This document shows positions 49,027 to 58,569 of a stretch of 64,000 nucleotides of DNA, piece by piece; the first letter of the stretch is position 1; the number at the start of each line of letters is the position of its first letter. Source of the stretch: a virus (taxonomy: Duplodnaviria > Caudoviricetes); IMG/VR virus record IMGVR_UViG_3300044511_000209, positions 1,676 through 65,675 of that record. One strand, written 5' to 3'. The position numbers and the translations under genes are program-made. The notes under the pieces are model-generated. The model was not told the DNA's origin. It ran no database searches and worked only from the letters and a program-made list of their open reading frames with translations.

Positions 49027-49953
49027 CTAATATTTGAACAATAACTCACGATTCCAACACGCATCTAAATTTTGAATGACGGCCATTCTTGGAATAAGGG
49101 TTGTTTGCGGCTCATTAACACACGTATAAACCAAGCGAGAAATATCCGCAACACTTGATTCAATGGGGACACTCTCACTTAAATCTTGTCGCCAACGAGC
49201 AATCCAAGGCATACAGGCGCGCCCATCCTGATAGATGTGTTTGGGGTCTAGCAACAATCGGGGTATTCCCAAATGATAAGCAAAATGGGATATACCATTA
49301 TCAGCGCATACACAAAATTCGGATTCCGCCAAAACATCCAAGGAATCAGAAAATTTTGGGTTAAAAACAATTTCGACGTTATGAGGAAACCACTTGTTAA
49401 ACTGTCCCATATTCAAATCCTTGCCCGCCCAAGCGGATAGGATGGGACAATGGATAGTGTGGTTCGGCATATCAAGCGCGAGACGCGCTACTAATTCGGG
49501 CACATCATGGTAAACATACCCTTCTGTTGAACTATTCAACCCTACATAGACCATGCGTTTGGCTTTCTTCCGTTTATGTAAGAGGAGCCGGACGGAACGT
49601 ATGGTTTGAGGGCATGTATGATAACGCTCATAATCAAAAGCATGGGGATTCCTAAAGAGCAAATCAGGCTCCACAACATATATTCTGTCCGTTTTGAGTG
49701 AACGATTAAATGGCGCTAAAAAAGCGTCTGGGTTATTGCAGACTTCGTTACTATGCCACTTTTCCCCATCTGAATGTCGGAACACTGAATAATCGCCACT
49801 AAACAGATGAGACACGGGTTCAAAGGTCGCGCGCCGGGCGACCATACAAACTTGGGGGTTTTCACCCTGTAGCTTCGAAAAGTGGGCGCATTGCAGCGAT
49901 AATAGCAAATCCCCCGCGCCTCCGAAACCAACAATAAATGGATTATCCATCAA
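49027..49953 (-). CDS. GT9-like glycosyltransferase
   Basis: GGAGDLLL, CADNGISHFAYHLGIP. Confidence 0.7.
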   Translation of the reverse strand: MMDNPFIVGFGGAGDLLLSLQCAHFSKLQGENPQVCMVARRATFEPVSHLFSGDYSVFRHSDGEKWHSNEVCNNPDAFLAPFNRSLKTDRIYVVEPDLLFRNPHAFDYERYHTCPQTIRSVRLLLHKRKKAKRMVYVGLNSSTEGYVYHDVPELVARLALDMPNHTIHCPILSAWAGKDLNMGQFNKWFPHNVEIVFNPKFSDSLDVLAESEFCVCADNGISHFAYHLGIPRLLLDPKHIYQDGRACMPWIARWRQDLSESVPIESSVADISRLVYTCVNEPQTTLIPRMAVIQNLDACWNRELLFKY

Positions 49954-49990
49954 CGAAATAATGATGCGTTTTTAGAGGAAAATCAAAAAT

Positions 49991-50097
49991 TTCTCGCGAT
50001 TTATGTTTTTTTGTGCTGGGATGCCATCGACTCGCGAGAAGTTTCGGTCGAACTGAATCGACTTACTGTTGGTTGGCGTCAATTTTATCGCCAGCAC
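49991..50097. other. Structured intergenic element with pseudoknot potential
   Basis: Nested stems GTGCTGG/CCAGCAC, GATGCCA/TGGCGTC and GTCGA/TCGAC, plus a crossing 9-bp TTCTCGCGA/TCGCGAGAA. Confidence 0.45.
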
Positions 50098-50111
50098 TCA
50101 GGTCCGCACCA

Positions 50112-50648
50112 TTAAAGTTTACACAATTTAGATGGTTTTTGCAAGGTTTCTTCCTTAATTTTGGAAAAAATCTTCAACCAATCACTTAAATGATTGGCAA
50201 CGTCACGCTTATTGTCCTTGCGGAATCCATCATCAATGTATTTGAGAAAGAAGTGCTTGCTCTGGTTTTCTTTTTTGAGAAGGAATTCATCGAATAATCC
50301 CAGCATTACGAGATAATAACGCGATTCGTTTTCCCCGGCCTTGCCTCGTTTGCGGATAAAGGCCCGTTTGCTGATGATTTTTGGCATCTCTTGAGCGAGA
50401 CATTTTGCGATATAGCTTTTTTCCGTAATATCAAAAGGATAATCTTTCGCGTTTTTAAAGACAACTATCTTGAAAAAAAGCTCATCGGAAATATTCAGGG
50501 GTTCGCGCTCCCACAATCCAAAAAGGGCGATTTGCTCCAAAATGAGGTCCAAATCCCTCTCTTCCTCGGACAACAATCTTACTTTCTCGGCTGGGAGATT
50601 CAGTCTATCACATAGGAAGCGCAAATCTTTTTCGGATAAGGCGGTCAT
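50112..50648 (-). CDS. Hypothetical protein
   Basis: Start reassigned to MTALSEKDL, which removes the overlap with nrdJ; GTGTAA upstream. Confidence 0.7.
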   Translation of the reverse strand: MTALSEKDLRFLCDRLNLPAEKVRLLSEEERDLDLILEQIALFGLWEREPLNISDELFFKIVVFKNAKDYPFDITEKSYIAKCLAQEMPKIISKRAFIRKRGKAGENESRYYLVMLGLFDEFLLKKENQSKHFFLKYIDDGFRKDNKRDVANHLSDWLKIFSKIKEETLQKPSKLCKL

Positions 50649-50659
50649 CCTAAATGTGA

Positions 50660-50665
50660 TTACAC
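50660..50665 (-). promoter_or_regulatory. GTGTAA motif
   Basis: 11 nt before the ATG at 50648, abutting the nrdJ stop. Confidence 0.5.
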
Positions 50666-52587
50666 TATTTGATTGGACACGCACCACCCACGCACTCAAG
50701 AAAATCAATAGTCGATTTTCCAGCATCAATCATATTTTGAATTGGCTTCAATTTTTGTGTAAGCGCCAAATATTTTTCCTCCGAAATTTCTTCGTATGGC
50801 GCTTGTGTAAACCCGTGTTCGCTATGTAACAAAAAGCTCACCGACTTGATGGCTGTATCATAATTATCGGAAAGCCACTGTTTAATGGCTGGCAACTCGT
50901 CCTTTTTGTAATAAACGGTGACAGAAATAGCGTTGTCCGCCCATAGTGTTTGTAATTTTTTAACTAATTCCAACTGTTGAACCGCCGTCATATCTTTAGC
51001 TAGAACGGCATCTTCACCTGATTCGCAAGGAAATTCAACAATCATGGTATTATGGTCGATAGAGCCGTCAAAATTCTTCACGTATTCCACTGTATAACCC
51101 AACTCTTTGCATCGTGAAAGAAGCTTATCATGGCTAGACATTCGCACGCGGCGAATATAATAGCGTGAATAACCGGGATGGATACCGGGAGTTGACCCAG
51201 CAAGCAAGGATAAGGTTCCCGAAGGCTTACAAGTTGTCAGTTTGATGCTTTGGGGCCACCCGCGTTGTTTGCTCCATTCCTTATCGAAGGCGCGTAACGC
51301 CTTGTATGTAGGGTCAAGCCATTCTAATTTATTCAAGGATTGACAGATACCCGTTAAACCTACACCTACACGAAAATTACGGTGAACAATATCGGTGGTT
51401 TTTTTGTGAATATAAGGTAAAGCACAAATTGCCTTTTGCGTCTTATAAAGAAGTCGCGCACAATCAATCAATTCATCCCGCGAATCAATATTATTGAGAT
51501 ATAGTTCGCTTAAACAACAGGATTCGCCCGATTCGAGAACTAATTCTGCACATGGATTTACGCCCTCACAATTATCCTTGATTTTTTCGCCAAGTCGTCC
51601 ATATTTCCTTGATAAAGGAAGGTTAAACAACCCATAGGGCTCCCCGGTGCCCATGTATCCCTCCCAAACAGTATCGGATAGATAAGAAAAATCATCGGCA
51701 CAAATGGTATTGTTACTGGCTGAACGCCAATTGGGAATATTACCACTATCCCATCTTTTTGCTTTGAGGAAAAGATGGTCGTCCGCATCGCCCAAGGCTA
51801 ACTCGCTTGAGCGACGAATATTACCCGCAATAACGATTGTTCCAATAATATTACAAATATCCAATACATCTACCGAACGCAACTTCTTGCCTTCACGATG
51901 TTTAAAGACGGTAATAATTTTCTCGATACCATCAATTAAGATTTGTGGGCCGCTGGCTGTGCCGCCAAAACCCTTAATGGGTTCGCCGTGCCCTCTAACT
52001 AGAATCGTTGAATAGGTAAATCCCTTGCCTGTAAAAAAGAAAGCAAGCAAAACCCTGCGTAGCAATTCGACCCACCCTTCCCTAGAATCGGGCACAATAA
52101 AATCCGTATCTTTTGCCAAAAAATGCGAAATTTTGATGTTTTCTCGAATGGTTGGTAATTCATGAATATGTTCACGACGAACCGAAAACCCAACACCAGA
52201 CCCCATCATTAAATTCTCGAAGAGAAAACAAAAATCCTCAAGCTCGCGAATAGAGATAAAAAAGCAATTAATCAGGGAATTCGCGTGGAAACGCTCCACT
52301 TTATCCGTGCCCAACTGCCACAACATACGTCCGGCAAGGTTGCACTTCAAATTAAACATGTAGTCAAATAAACGCTCGGCCTCTGCCCTTGTATATTGCG
52401 CTCCAATTTTTTGCGCGCCGTTAATACACCGCTGAATTGTATCTGGCCATTCCTCGGTGGTGGTATCGGAAACGTTACGTGAATACGTTCGTTTGTAAAC
52501 TACATATCCCAAACCATTAAATCCCCAATTAACTTTGCGGTTTTTATATTTCGAAACGAACTCATCGGTGATGACTACCTTATCCAT
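50665..52587 (-). CDS. nrdJ: Class II (adenosylcobalamin) monomeric ribonucleoside-triphosphate reductase
   Basis: VYKRTYSR, GRMLWQLG, PDSREGW, FGGTASGP, NPCAE, KPSGTLSLL, terminal CVGGACPIK. Confidence 0.95.
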   Translation of the reverse strand: MDKVVITDEFVSKYKNRKVNWGFNGLGYVVYKRTYSRNVSDTTTEEWPDTIQRCINGAQKIGAQYTRAEAERLFDYMFNLKCNLAGRMLWQLGTDKVERFHANSLINCFFISIRELEDFCFLFENLMMGSGVGFSVRREHIHELPTIRENIKISHFLAKDTDFIVPDSREGWVELLRRVLLAFFFTGKGFTYSTILVRGHGEPIKGFGGTASGPQILIDGIEKIITVFKHREGKKLRSVDVLDICNIIGTIVIAGNIRRSSELALGDADDHLFLKAKRWDSGNIPNWRSASNNTICADDFSYLSDTVWEGYMGTGEPYGLFNLPLSRKYGRLGEKIKDNCEGVNPCAELVLESGESCCLSELYLNNIDSRDELIDCARLLYKTQKAICALPYIHKKTTDIVHRNFRVGVGLTGICQSLNKLEWLDPTYKALRAFDKEWSKQRGWPQSIKLTTCKPSGTLSLLAGSTPGIHPGYSRYYIRRVRMSSHDKLLSRCKELGYTVEYVKNFDGSIDHNTMIVEFPCESGEDAVLAKDMTAVQQLELVKKLQTLWADNAISVTVYYKKDELPAIKQWLSDNYDTAIKSVSFLLHSEHGFTQAPYEEISEEKYLALTQKLKPIQNMIDAGKSTIDFLECVGGACPIK

Positions 52588-52687
52588 AAGATGGTAACGT
52601 AGTTTACCCTAAACTTAAGGGGACGAACAGAAAAAACGAATTGTGAACAACTTTTCTGACCGAAATTTTTTGAGGGTGTAGCGGGTG

Positions 52688-53047
52688 CTACTTTTTCTGC
52701 CTGCGTGGGTCGTCCCGGTGAATTTTGCCACCCCTTGCCTTGCTCCAATCGTCGTAAACCTTTTGTTTGAGCGGGTCGGTGTCGCCGACCTTTTGGGCGC
52801 GCTTATCTGAAAATTCCCGACTCATATCAAGCAAATTGCCAAGGGTGCCAGATTTCCTACCCGTCTTGTTTACAAAGTCTTTTTGTGAAAAGGCGTCAAT
52901 GCGTGTATCGGTGGTCGCTTGTGGCGCGATGAATACCCTTTCCCACTGGACACCATCCACCACCAAGGTATGCTCGTCATTCATACCTTGGATTATCTCC
53001 CGTGTTTGATTTGGATTATCGGGATTACGGAACAGATAGCTTGGCAT
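52688..53047 (-). CDS. FmdB-like protein lacking the zinc cysteines
   Basis: MPSYLF...EIIQGMNDEH...WERVF..P. Confidence 0.55.
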   Translation of the reverse strand: MPSYLFRNPDNPNQTREIIQGMNDEHTLVVDGVQWERVFIAPQATTDTRIDAFSQKDFVNKTGRKSGTLGNLLDMSREFSDKRAQKVGDTDPLKQKVYDDWSKARGGKIHRDDPRRQKK

Positions 53048-53052
53048 GTTGG

Positions 53053-53238
53053 CTACTGATTCGAAAATACGATTTTGAGCTTGTCGGCGGGAAGTTCAAC
53101 CCAATCGTTGTTTTTGGCTGAAAAAACCTTCACTTTGCAAGTCTCTGGTGTTGCCGTTACTTGATGCTTGGCTAATTCTTCGCAAAAATGCGTGAGAATA
53201 TCCGTTCCGGTTAGTTCTGCGTTGATGTTTAGTTTCAT
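53053..53238 (-). CDS. Hypothetical protein
   Basis: 61-aa ORF with overlapping start/stop. Confidence 0.6.
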   Translation of the reverse strand: MKLNINAELTGTDILTHFCEELAKHQVTATPETCKVKVFSAKNNDWVELPADKLKIVFSNQ

Positions 53239-54311
53239 AATGCCGATAAAAGCGTATCCACGGTCTTTTCCACCGTAAATTGTCCTTGTAGTTTTAGCCC
53301 ATTATGATTTACACGGTCTTTTCGGGTTCTTTCAATAGCAATATCACAGGCGGATAAAAAGGCTTGGTCATCAAAGCCGAAGAAATTACCTTGATTATAG
53401 GGTTGACCGCGATGAAAAAACAAGCCATCGTATGCTTCAAACTTATGGTTGGGTTCCACCAGCACGGCATTATCGTTATTTGCCCATTCTTTGTAACCTG
53501 CACAGTTCAATAAAACGGCATGTTTACCCAAGGCTACGGATTGAAATTCTGGTAATCCCCAACCCTCCGTACCCATCCCAATGATAATATCGTTCGATTG
53601 CAAATAATCGTTATACAATTCATTGGTTGGCATGAAGCCCAAAAATTGGATATTGAAATATCGCCTGCCGCCCAGCGCTTCATTTAAAAGCCTTTGCTGG
53701 TCCTCTGGTTTCATGAAGGGGTTAAAAATAGCACAATTAAGGAAAAAATTGGGATTATTGCCAAATTTACTCGCCCACAAGCGTAAGACCTTCAAATGTT
53801 GCTTACGGGTGAACTCAAACTTCCCGGCGAGGCCCATTTGGATTCTATCTTTAAGATAGTTTTTACTTAAAGGCGGGAAATTCAAACTATCAAACGATAG
53901 ATGCGTCAACCGCACATTATCAAGCCCAAAATTCTGAAAGAGATTAACCGTATATTTATTCGTAAAGAAACAAACCTTATTATTCTTGATGGTATTTAAT
54001 TCTTGCGGAGTGGGAGCGTCACACTCGTAAAAAGATAATAAAATTTGACTATCCGAATAGGAACTCAGGGAATCATTCAGGTGCCAAAGTTTAATAATGG
54101 GAACCTTCCGAGAGTGCCGGGCTCCCGCTTTATTTACGCAAACGTTAAGCCAATCTACAAACTCTTGGTCAACCTTCTGGGCGGATAAATCTACCTGACC
54201 AATAGGAAACAAACAGGGTTCAAACCCTCGTTTCTTAATCTCTCGCAGGAGTGAGACGGAGGTTTGACCAAATGAGAGCGAATTAATTGGAAGGTGAAGG
54301 GCGAAACTCAC
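53235..54311 (-). CDS. GT4 glycosyltransferase
   Basis: LSFGQ, GKFEFTRK, EGWGLPEFQSVALGK. Confidence 0.85.
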   Translation of the reverse strand: MSFALHLPINSLSFGQTSVSLLREIKKRGFEPCLFPIGQVDLSAQKVDQEFVDWLNVCVNKAGARHSRKVPIIKLWHLNDSLSSYSDSQILLSFYECDAPTPQELNTIKNNKVCFFTNKYTVNLFQNFGLDNVRLTHLSFDSLNFPPLSKNYLKDRIQMGLAGKFEFTRKQHLKVLRLWASKFGNNPNFFLNCAIFNPFMKPEDQQRLLNEALGGRRYFNIQFLGFMPTNELYNDYLQSNDIIIGMGTEGWGLPEFQSVALGKHAVLLNCAGYKEWANNDNAVLVEPNHKFEAYDGLFFHRGQPYNQGNFFGFDDQAFLSACDIAIERTRKDRVNHNGLKLQGQFTVEKTVDTLLSAL

Positions 54312-54314
54312 AAT

Positions 54315-54620
54315 TTAAATGAATTCGCTAGCCTCCACTGGCTTAGGTGCGGGAGTGGGCTTCGGGACGGTAGCGGGGTTAGTAACCTGCGGGAGAACCG
54401 CCGACACGCCGCGTGGACCATCCAAATACATACGCAAGTCGGGCGTCTTTTCCCCCGCCTTCTTGTCTCGGTTCTTAAAGCACCGAAATTCAACGGTTTG
54501 CCCGTTGAGTTCCAAGCGTCCAAAGTAATAAGGGGAGCCGTTCTTATCTTCTCGACGCCAGAGCCCGCCCACCGAGCGGCGTTCTGACTTCTGTGGTTGG
54601 TTGGTGTTTTGATTTTCCAT
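54315..54620 (-). CDS. DUF736-like small nucleic-acid-binding protein
   Basis: VGGLWRREDKNGSPYYFG...FKN..K...PDLRMY; start reassigned to MENQN from the promoter position. Confidence 0.65.
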   Translation of the reverse strand: MENQNTNQPQKSERRSVGGLWRREDKNGSPYYFGRLELNGQTVEFRCFKNRDKKAGEKTPDLRMYLDGPRGVSAVLPQVTNPATVPKPTPAPKPVEASEFI

Positions 54621-54626
54621 ACTTTG

Positions 54627-54655
54627 ATAATAAGACAAACTTGCGCGTTTGTCAA
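54627..54655 (-). promoter_or_regulatory. sigma70-type promoter, near-leaderless
   Basis: TTGACA-17-TATTAT, then 6 nt to ATG (54620). Confidence 0.75.
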
Positions 54656-54657
54656 AT

Positions 54658-55251
54658 CTAAATGGTGTCAGGAGAACAATTGCTGCTTACCTTTTGACGT
54701 AGCATTTTAAGCCCCCTTGAGTGAAGATTAATGGCGGTTTGAGTGCTGACCCCCATTTTCTTGCCAATGGTAGCCCATGTTGTTACCTTGTCGTGATTGG
54801 CGTAACGTAATTCAAAAACCTTACGGATTCGTTTGTCTTGAATCTGTTCCAAAATATTCTTCACGTATTCGGAAAATTGCTCAAATTCAACATGCTCATT
54901 ATTTTGCCCTTCGCGCTTATCAATAAATTGATTTAATTCCTCGGGGGGTAATGATACTTTTGGATGCTTAAAATCAATATGTTTGAGACAATAAAATCGC
55001 GCTTGATTGCCAAACCAAGTGGAGAACTTGACATTCCTAGTCTCGTCATACGAAAGTGCGGCTTTAAATACGACAAAATCCTTGTCGGCGGTAACATCCT
55101 GCATGTAAGAGCCGGACGCCTCAATTGCGGGGGTATATTTCTGGCAAATCTGCATGTATAAACCCGAATGGCGTTCACTTAACTGCTTCAAGGCATCATT
55201 CGAGTTATACAGCTTTATTTCAGTGATGAGTTGGGTGTCTGTTTTATCCAT
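54658..55251 (-). CDS. Phage RNA polymerase sigma factor (sigma70 family)
   Basis: Region 2 AALSYDETRNVKFSTW; region 4 RKVFELRY..TWATIGKKMGVSTQTAINLH. Confidence 0.9.
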   Translation of the reverse strand: MDKTDTQLITEIKLYNSNDALKQLSERHSGLYMQICQKYTPAIEASGSYMQDVTADKDFVVFKAALSYDETRNVKFSTWFGNQARFYCLKHIDFKHPKVSLPPEELNQFIDKREGQNNEHVEFEQFSEYVKNILEQIQDKRIRKVFELRYANHDKVTTWATIGKKMGVSTQTAINLHSRGLKMLRQKVSSNCSPDTI

Positions 55252-55619
55252 CTGGCAACAAAATTTTCCAGCGCGGCGGGCTCGATTTCTTGTTTGTCGA
55301 AGTAAAATACATCAAATTCACGACAATCAAACGCCAGCAAAAACGCCTTCATGAATAATAATGCCTCTTCCTTTTTATCAATGTCGAAATGTGCGCTTTC
55401 AAAAGTAAAATTACCTAATTCGTCGTCTATTGGCTCATCACTCGGACGGGACGGATATAATCCCGTTTTAATCGAATATACACGTTTGTCTCCTACAGTA
55501 ATTATTAGCGCCGCCAGAAGAAAATTAAACTTTTTTTGATTCCCTATGGAGCAAAAGGGGGAAATTTTAACTGGCGCGGTATTTTTGATAAATAATAAAG
55601 GTTTAACATTATTATTCAT
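55215..55619 (-). CDS. Hypothetical protein
   Basis: ORF overlapping both neighbours in the operon. Confidence 0.55.
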   Translation of the reverse strand: MNNNVKPLLFIKNTAPVKISPFCSIGNQKKFNFLLAALIITVGDKRVYSIKTGLYPSRPSDEPIDDELGNFTFESAHFDIDKKEEALLFMKAFLLAFDCREFDVFYFDKQEIEPAALENFVARWIKQTPNSSLK

Positions 55620-56202
55620 ACCATATTTTGCGGTTTAAATCAGGTAATGTAGTGCGAATATACTCTGCGCGTGCTTCGTCCGAGGGGAGAGATGGCCACC
55701 GAAAGACAATATCCGCTTCTTTCATAACCAATTCATTATTAACGGTTTCTGTGTAATTGGCCGGGGGCACCAATTGACCATTATTATCCAACCGTTCAAG
55801 GAAAATAACAATACCGCCCAAGCTTTTAACCCATTTTAATTCATCCTCTGGAAAGTAATTGAATCTAACGTCTGTAACGCAGACTCGCCCACCACGGGCG
55901 AGTATATTCTTGACGGATGGGGTAATTTTACTAATCCAGTAGGTTCCCTGATATAATTCGCGCTTAATCACGCCATATGCTACTAATAAGGGGCGAATAA
56001 GTTCCTTTTCCTTGGGGTCTTGAGTGGTTGTATGGATGTGAAACTCGCGCCAGCAAAGTTCTTCCAGTTCCGACTTGAGGATATCCGCGAAGGCAACCCG
56101 GTTAAATCTCGCCTGATTTTCGGGGCATAGCAGGTTTAACGCTTTAAAGAAAGAATCTTTCCCCGAGCAACTATTGCCTGCCACCCCAATCAATTTAATC
56201 AT
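55612..56202 (-). CDS. Deoxynucleoside monophosphate kinase
   Basis: IGVAGNSCSGKDS P-loop, AFADILK, IRPLLVAYG, TDVRF; start reassigned to MIKLIG. Confidence 0.85.
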   Translation of the reverse strand: MIKLIGVAGNSCSGKDSFFKALNLLCPENQARFNRVAFADILKSELEELCWREFHIHTTTQDPKEKELIRPLLVAYGVIKRELYQGTYWISKITPSVKNILARGGRVCVTDVRFNYFPEDELKWVKSLGGIVIFLERLDNNGQLVPPANYTETVNNELVMKEADIVFRWPSLPSDEARAEYIRTTLPDLNRKIWYE

Positions 56203-56251
56203 ACCAAAATATACGGTAACACAAATTGAGCAATAAGTCAACCATTATTTA

Positions 56252-57107
56252 TCAAACGTTTACATATTTCTTAAATCTATCAATATATTTATTTACAAAT
56301 CTTATTTCTCCATTTAAATATTTATCTTTTAAAAGTTTTGAATCTGGCTGAATATCTACTATTTTGTATTCATAACCCCTTTCGGCGCACCATTTTTCGG
56401 CAGCTAATTTCTTACATTGTATTTTTTTACAGTTCCACAAATTTTTAGGTTTTATCTCAATTAGACATTTTTCTTCTACAAAAAAAATCAGCCCTGTAAG
56501 TTCTGGGTTTATTATTCCAATTGATATAATGAATAATAAGGTCTTTTGATTGCCCCGACCGGCATTTCAATCCTTTAGCCTCTATTTCTAACACGTAATA
56601 CATTAATTCTCTTAAACTTCTAAAATGAATATTTTTATACCAACACGCCCACCCATTACCACTCCCACATGGGGGCGGCTTGCCATACATCGGATTTTTC
56701 GCACCAGAAAAGGCTCGCGATAATTTCTCTTTAAGCGCTTGATATTTTTTATCCGCTATTTCTTTACCGAATTTTTTACACCATCTTTCATAAACAGTCT
56801 TTCCGTTTTCGCGCGCTTTTTGGGCGGCAATTTTAATTGCCGCCCTTGACCTCGCTAACTGAACCCCGGTTTGTTTCCTGCCTTTAGTTTTACTAATAAT
56901 TTTATTGATAGTTTCCTGACTATGCCTTTTACCATAAAACGGATTCTTTGGCCCTAGAAATCTTATTTTGTAATCGTTATCTCGACATTTTTTGCAAATT
57001 TTGTTTAATTTACGGGCTTTTGTCGCATAATATTTATGAAGGTGATAACAAATAGAACCACATCTGGGACATGCTCTTTGACAATCTAGGTCTATATCGC
57101 TTTTCAT
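56252..57107 (-). pseudogene. Frameshifted homing endonuclease (NUMOD3 + TnsA-like PD-(D/E)XK)
   Basis: NPFYGKRHSQET and NPMYGK NUMOD3 motifs; FRSLREL; removing one T from the T8 run at 56480-56487 gives YRADFFVEEKCLIEIKP and joins the two ORFs. Confidence 0.85.
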
Positions 57108-57129
57108 TTCTTCTTGATAAATATTAATC

Positions 57130-57537
57130 CTAATCTTCTTGTTGCCCTTCGCGCGAATACATATTTATGATTTGCAGAAGATTTTGCACATCCTTCTCCG
57201 TAATATGTAAGGGGTCACACACGTCGCGCTCATCCTTGAATTGCTCGCAAGCTTCATTGATAACTTGCGAAATAACGTGCGCCGTGCCGGGGCCGATTGT
57301 AACTGTTTGCTCAAAAGTGGCCCAAGGCTTGTTTAATACCCAATATTCCTCGTCGTCCACCTTGAAGGCTTTCATCATTTCATTTTTGGTAAAATTATCA
57401 AGGGCGAGCCTTAAGATGCCGTTATCCACCCCTTCATTTTCGGTAAGGGGGACGATTTGTTTTGTATCTTTAAATGAAAAGGTGTCATTTTTTTGAAACC
57501 ATTCCCATAGAAGCGCGGAGGCGGAAAAGACGGTCAT
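57130..57537 (-). CDS. Hypothetical protein
   Basis: First gene of the leftward arm; TATAAT 7 nt upstream. Confidence 0.7.
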   Translation of the reverse strand: MTVFSASALLWEWFQKNDTFSFKDTKQIVPLTENEGVDNGILRLALDNFTKNEMMKAFKVDDEEYWVLNKPWATFEQTVTIGPGTAHVISQVINEACEQFKDERDVCDPLHITEKDVQNLLQIINMYSREGQQED

Positions 57538-57553
57538 AATATTGATTATACAG

Positions 57554-57582
57554 TTGACAAAACAAAAAGACTAAAGTATCAT
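57554..57582 (+). promoter_or_regulatory. sigma70-type promoter (divergent region)
   Basis: TTGACA-17-TATCAT, then 10 nt to ATG (57593); overlaps a leftward TATAAT. Confidence 0.75.
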
Positions 57583-57592
57583 TCATTTTGTT

Positions 57593-57907
57593 ATGCGGGT
57601 TTTTGACCTCGCGCAATATATCGAAAGACAAAAGTGTTGGAGCCAAAAAACCTTCGGAGACGGCCCCCGAACCAAGGGGATTACAGCCCATATTCGTAAG
57701 GAATTGTCAGAAATTGAAAACGCCCCATCCGATATCCGGGAATGGATTGATGTGGTTATTCTTGCTTTGGATGGCGCATGGCGCGCGGGGCACTCACCAA
57801 AAATGATTGTGGCGGCACTCCAAGAAAAACAGGTTATTAACTTCCAGCGTCAATATCCCATGCCCGCATCGCAAGATGAGCCCTCGGAACATGTTCGAGG
57901 CAAATAA
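57593..57907 (+). CDS. DUF550 dATP/dGTP pyrophosphohydrolase
   Basis: WSQKTFG.GPRTKG...HIRKEL.EI...P.D..EWIDVVILALDGAWRAG...KQ..N..R. Confidence 0.88.
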   Translation: MRVFDLAQYIERQKCWSQKTFGDGPRTKGITAHIRKELSEIENAPSDIREWIDVVILALDGAWRAGHSPKMIVAALQEKQVINFQRQYPMPASQDEPSEHVRGK

Positions 57908-58348
57908 ATGCAAAGCGCTTCTAAAACTAACGGTCGCAACAGGCTAAACTGGCCAGAAACCGCCATGCGACTAGCCCAAACAATCGCAGCGTGCCGTTCT
58001 GAGGATACCTACGTGCAGGTTGGTGCTTGTGCTGTGCGTTATAACAAGACGGTGGCCTTGGGCTACAATGGTGCGCCGAGTGGCATTACTATTGATTGGT
58101 CAAACAGGGATGAACGTCGCAAGCGTGTTTTACATGCCGAGGCTAATGTTCTTAATTATTGTATGCCCGACGAGGTAGAGTTTATTGCGGTAACACACCT
58201 ACCGTGCCCCGAATGTTTGAAGTTGATTGCCCAAAAAAGAATCAAAACAGTCTTTTATGATAAAATACCCGAAAATTATGATACGGAACTGACCTTTATG
58301 CTGGCTAAAGAGTTTGAAATTAATTTGATTCCAATAGAACAATCTTAA
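57908..58348 (+). CDS. dCMP deaminase
   Basis: RSED..QVGA, GYNG, HAEAN, PCPEC. Confidence 0.92.
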   Translation: MQSASKTNGRNRLNWPETAMRLAQTIAACRSEDTYVQVGACAVRYNKTVALGYNGAPSGITIDWSNRDERRKRVLHAEANVLNYCMPDEVEFIAVTHLPCPECLKLIAQKRIKTVFYDKIPENYDTELTFMLAKEFEINLIPIEQS

Positions 58349-58350
58349 AT

Positions 58351-58557
58351 ATGTTGGGCGATTTAAACTATAAAAACGTGCTGTTCGCACTTGACTTTGC
58401 CCGCAAATGCGCCGGGCACTTGGAAACGTGCTCAAAGATACGCCAGCAAAAGCTGGGTATCCTCAAGCACACGGATGGGGTTCCTTGCACCTGCGGATAT
58501 GAACGCGCGGATGAACAATTAAGGAAGTTGATAAGAGTGCTTGAAAATTACAATTAA
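58351..58557 (+). CDS. Small hypothetical protein with His/Cys motif
   Basis: H...C ... CTCG. Confidence 0.55.
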   Translation: MLGDLNYKNVLFALDFARKCAGHLETCSKIRQQKLGILKHTDGVPCTCGYERADEQLRKLIRVLENYN

Positions 58558-58569
58558 TTGGACAAATCT

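Noticed and set aside
22942-52587. Inteins or introns in dnaE, dnaB, recA or nrdJ
   Set aside because: Protein lengths are normal or short, with no C...HN splice motifs or LAGLIDADG blocks seen
52588-52687. NrdR box or B12 riboswitch upstream of nrdJ
   Set aside because: No consensus seen; only a weak CAGAAAA/TTTTCTG inverted repeat
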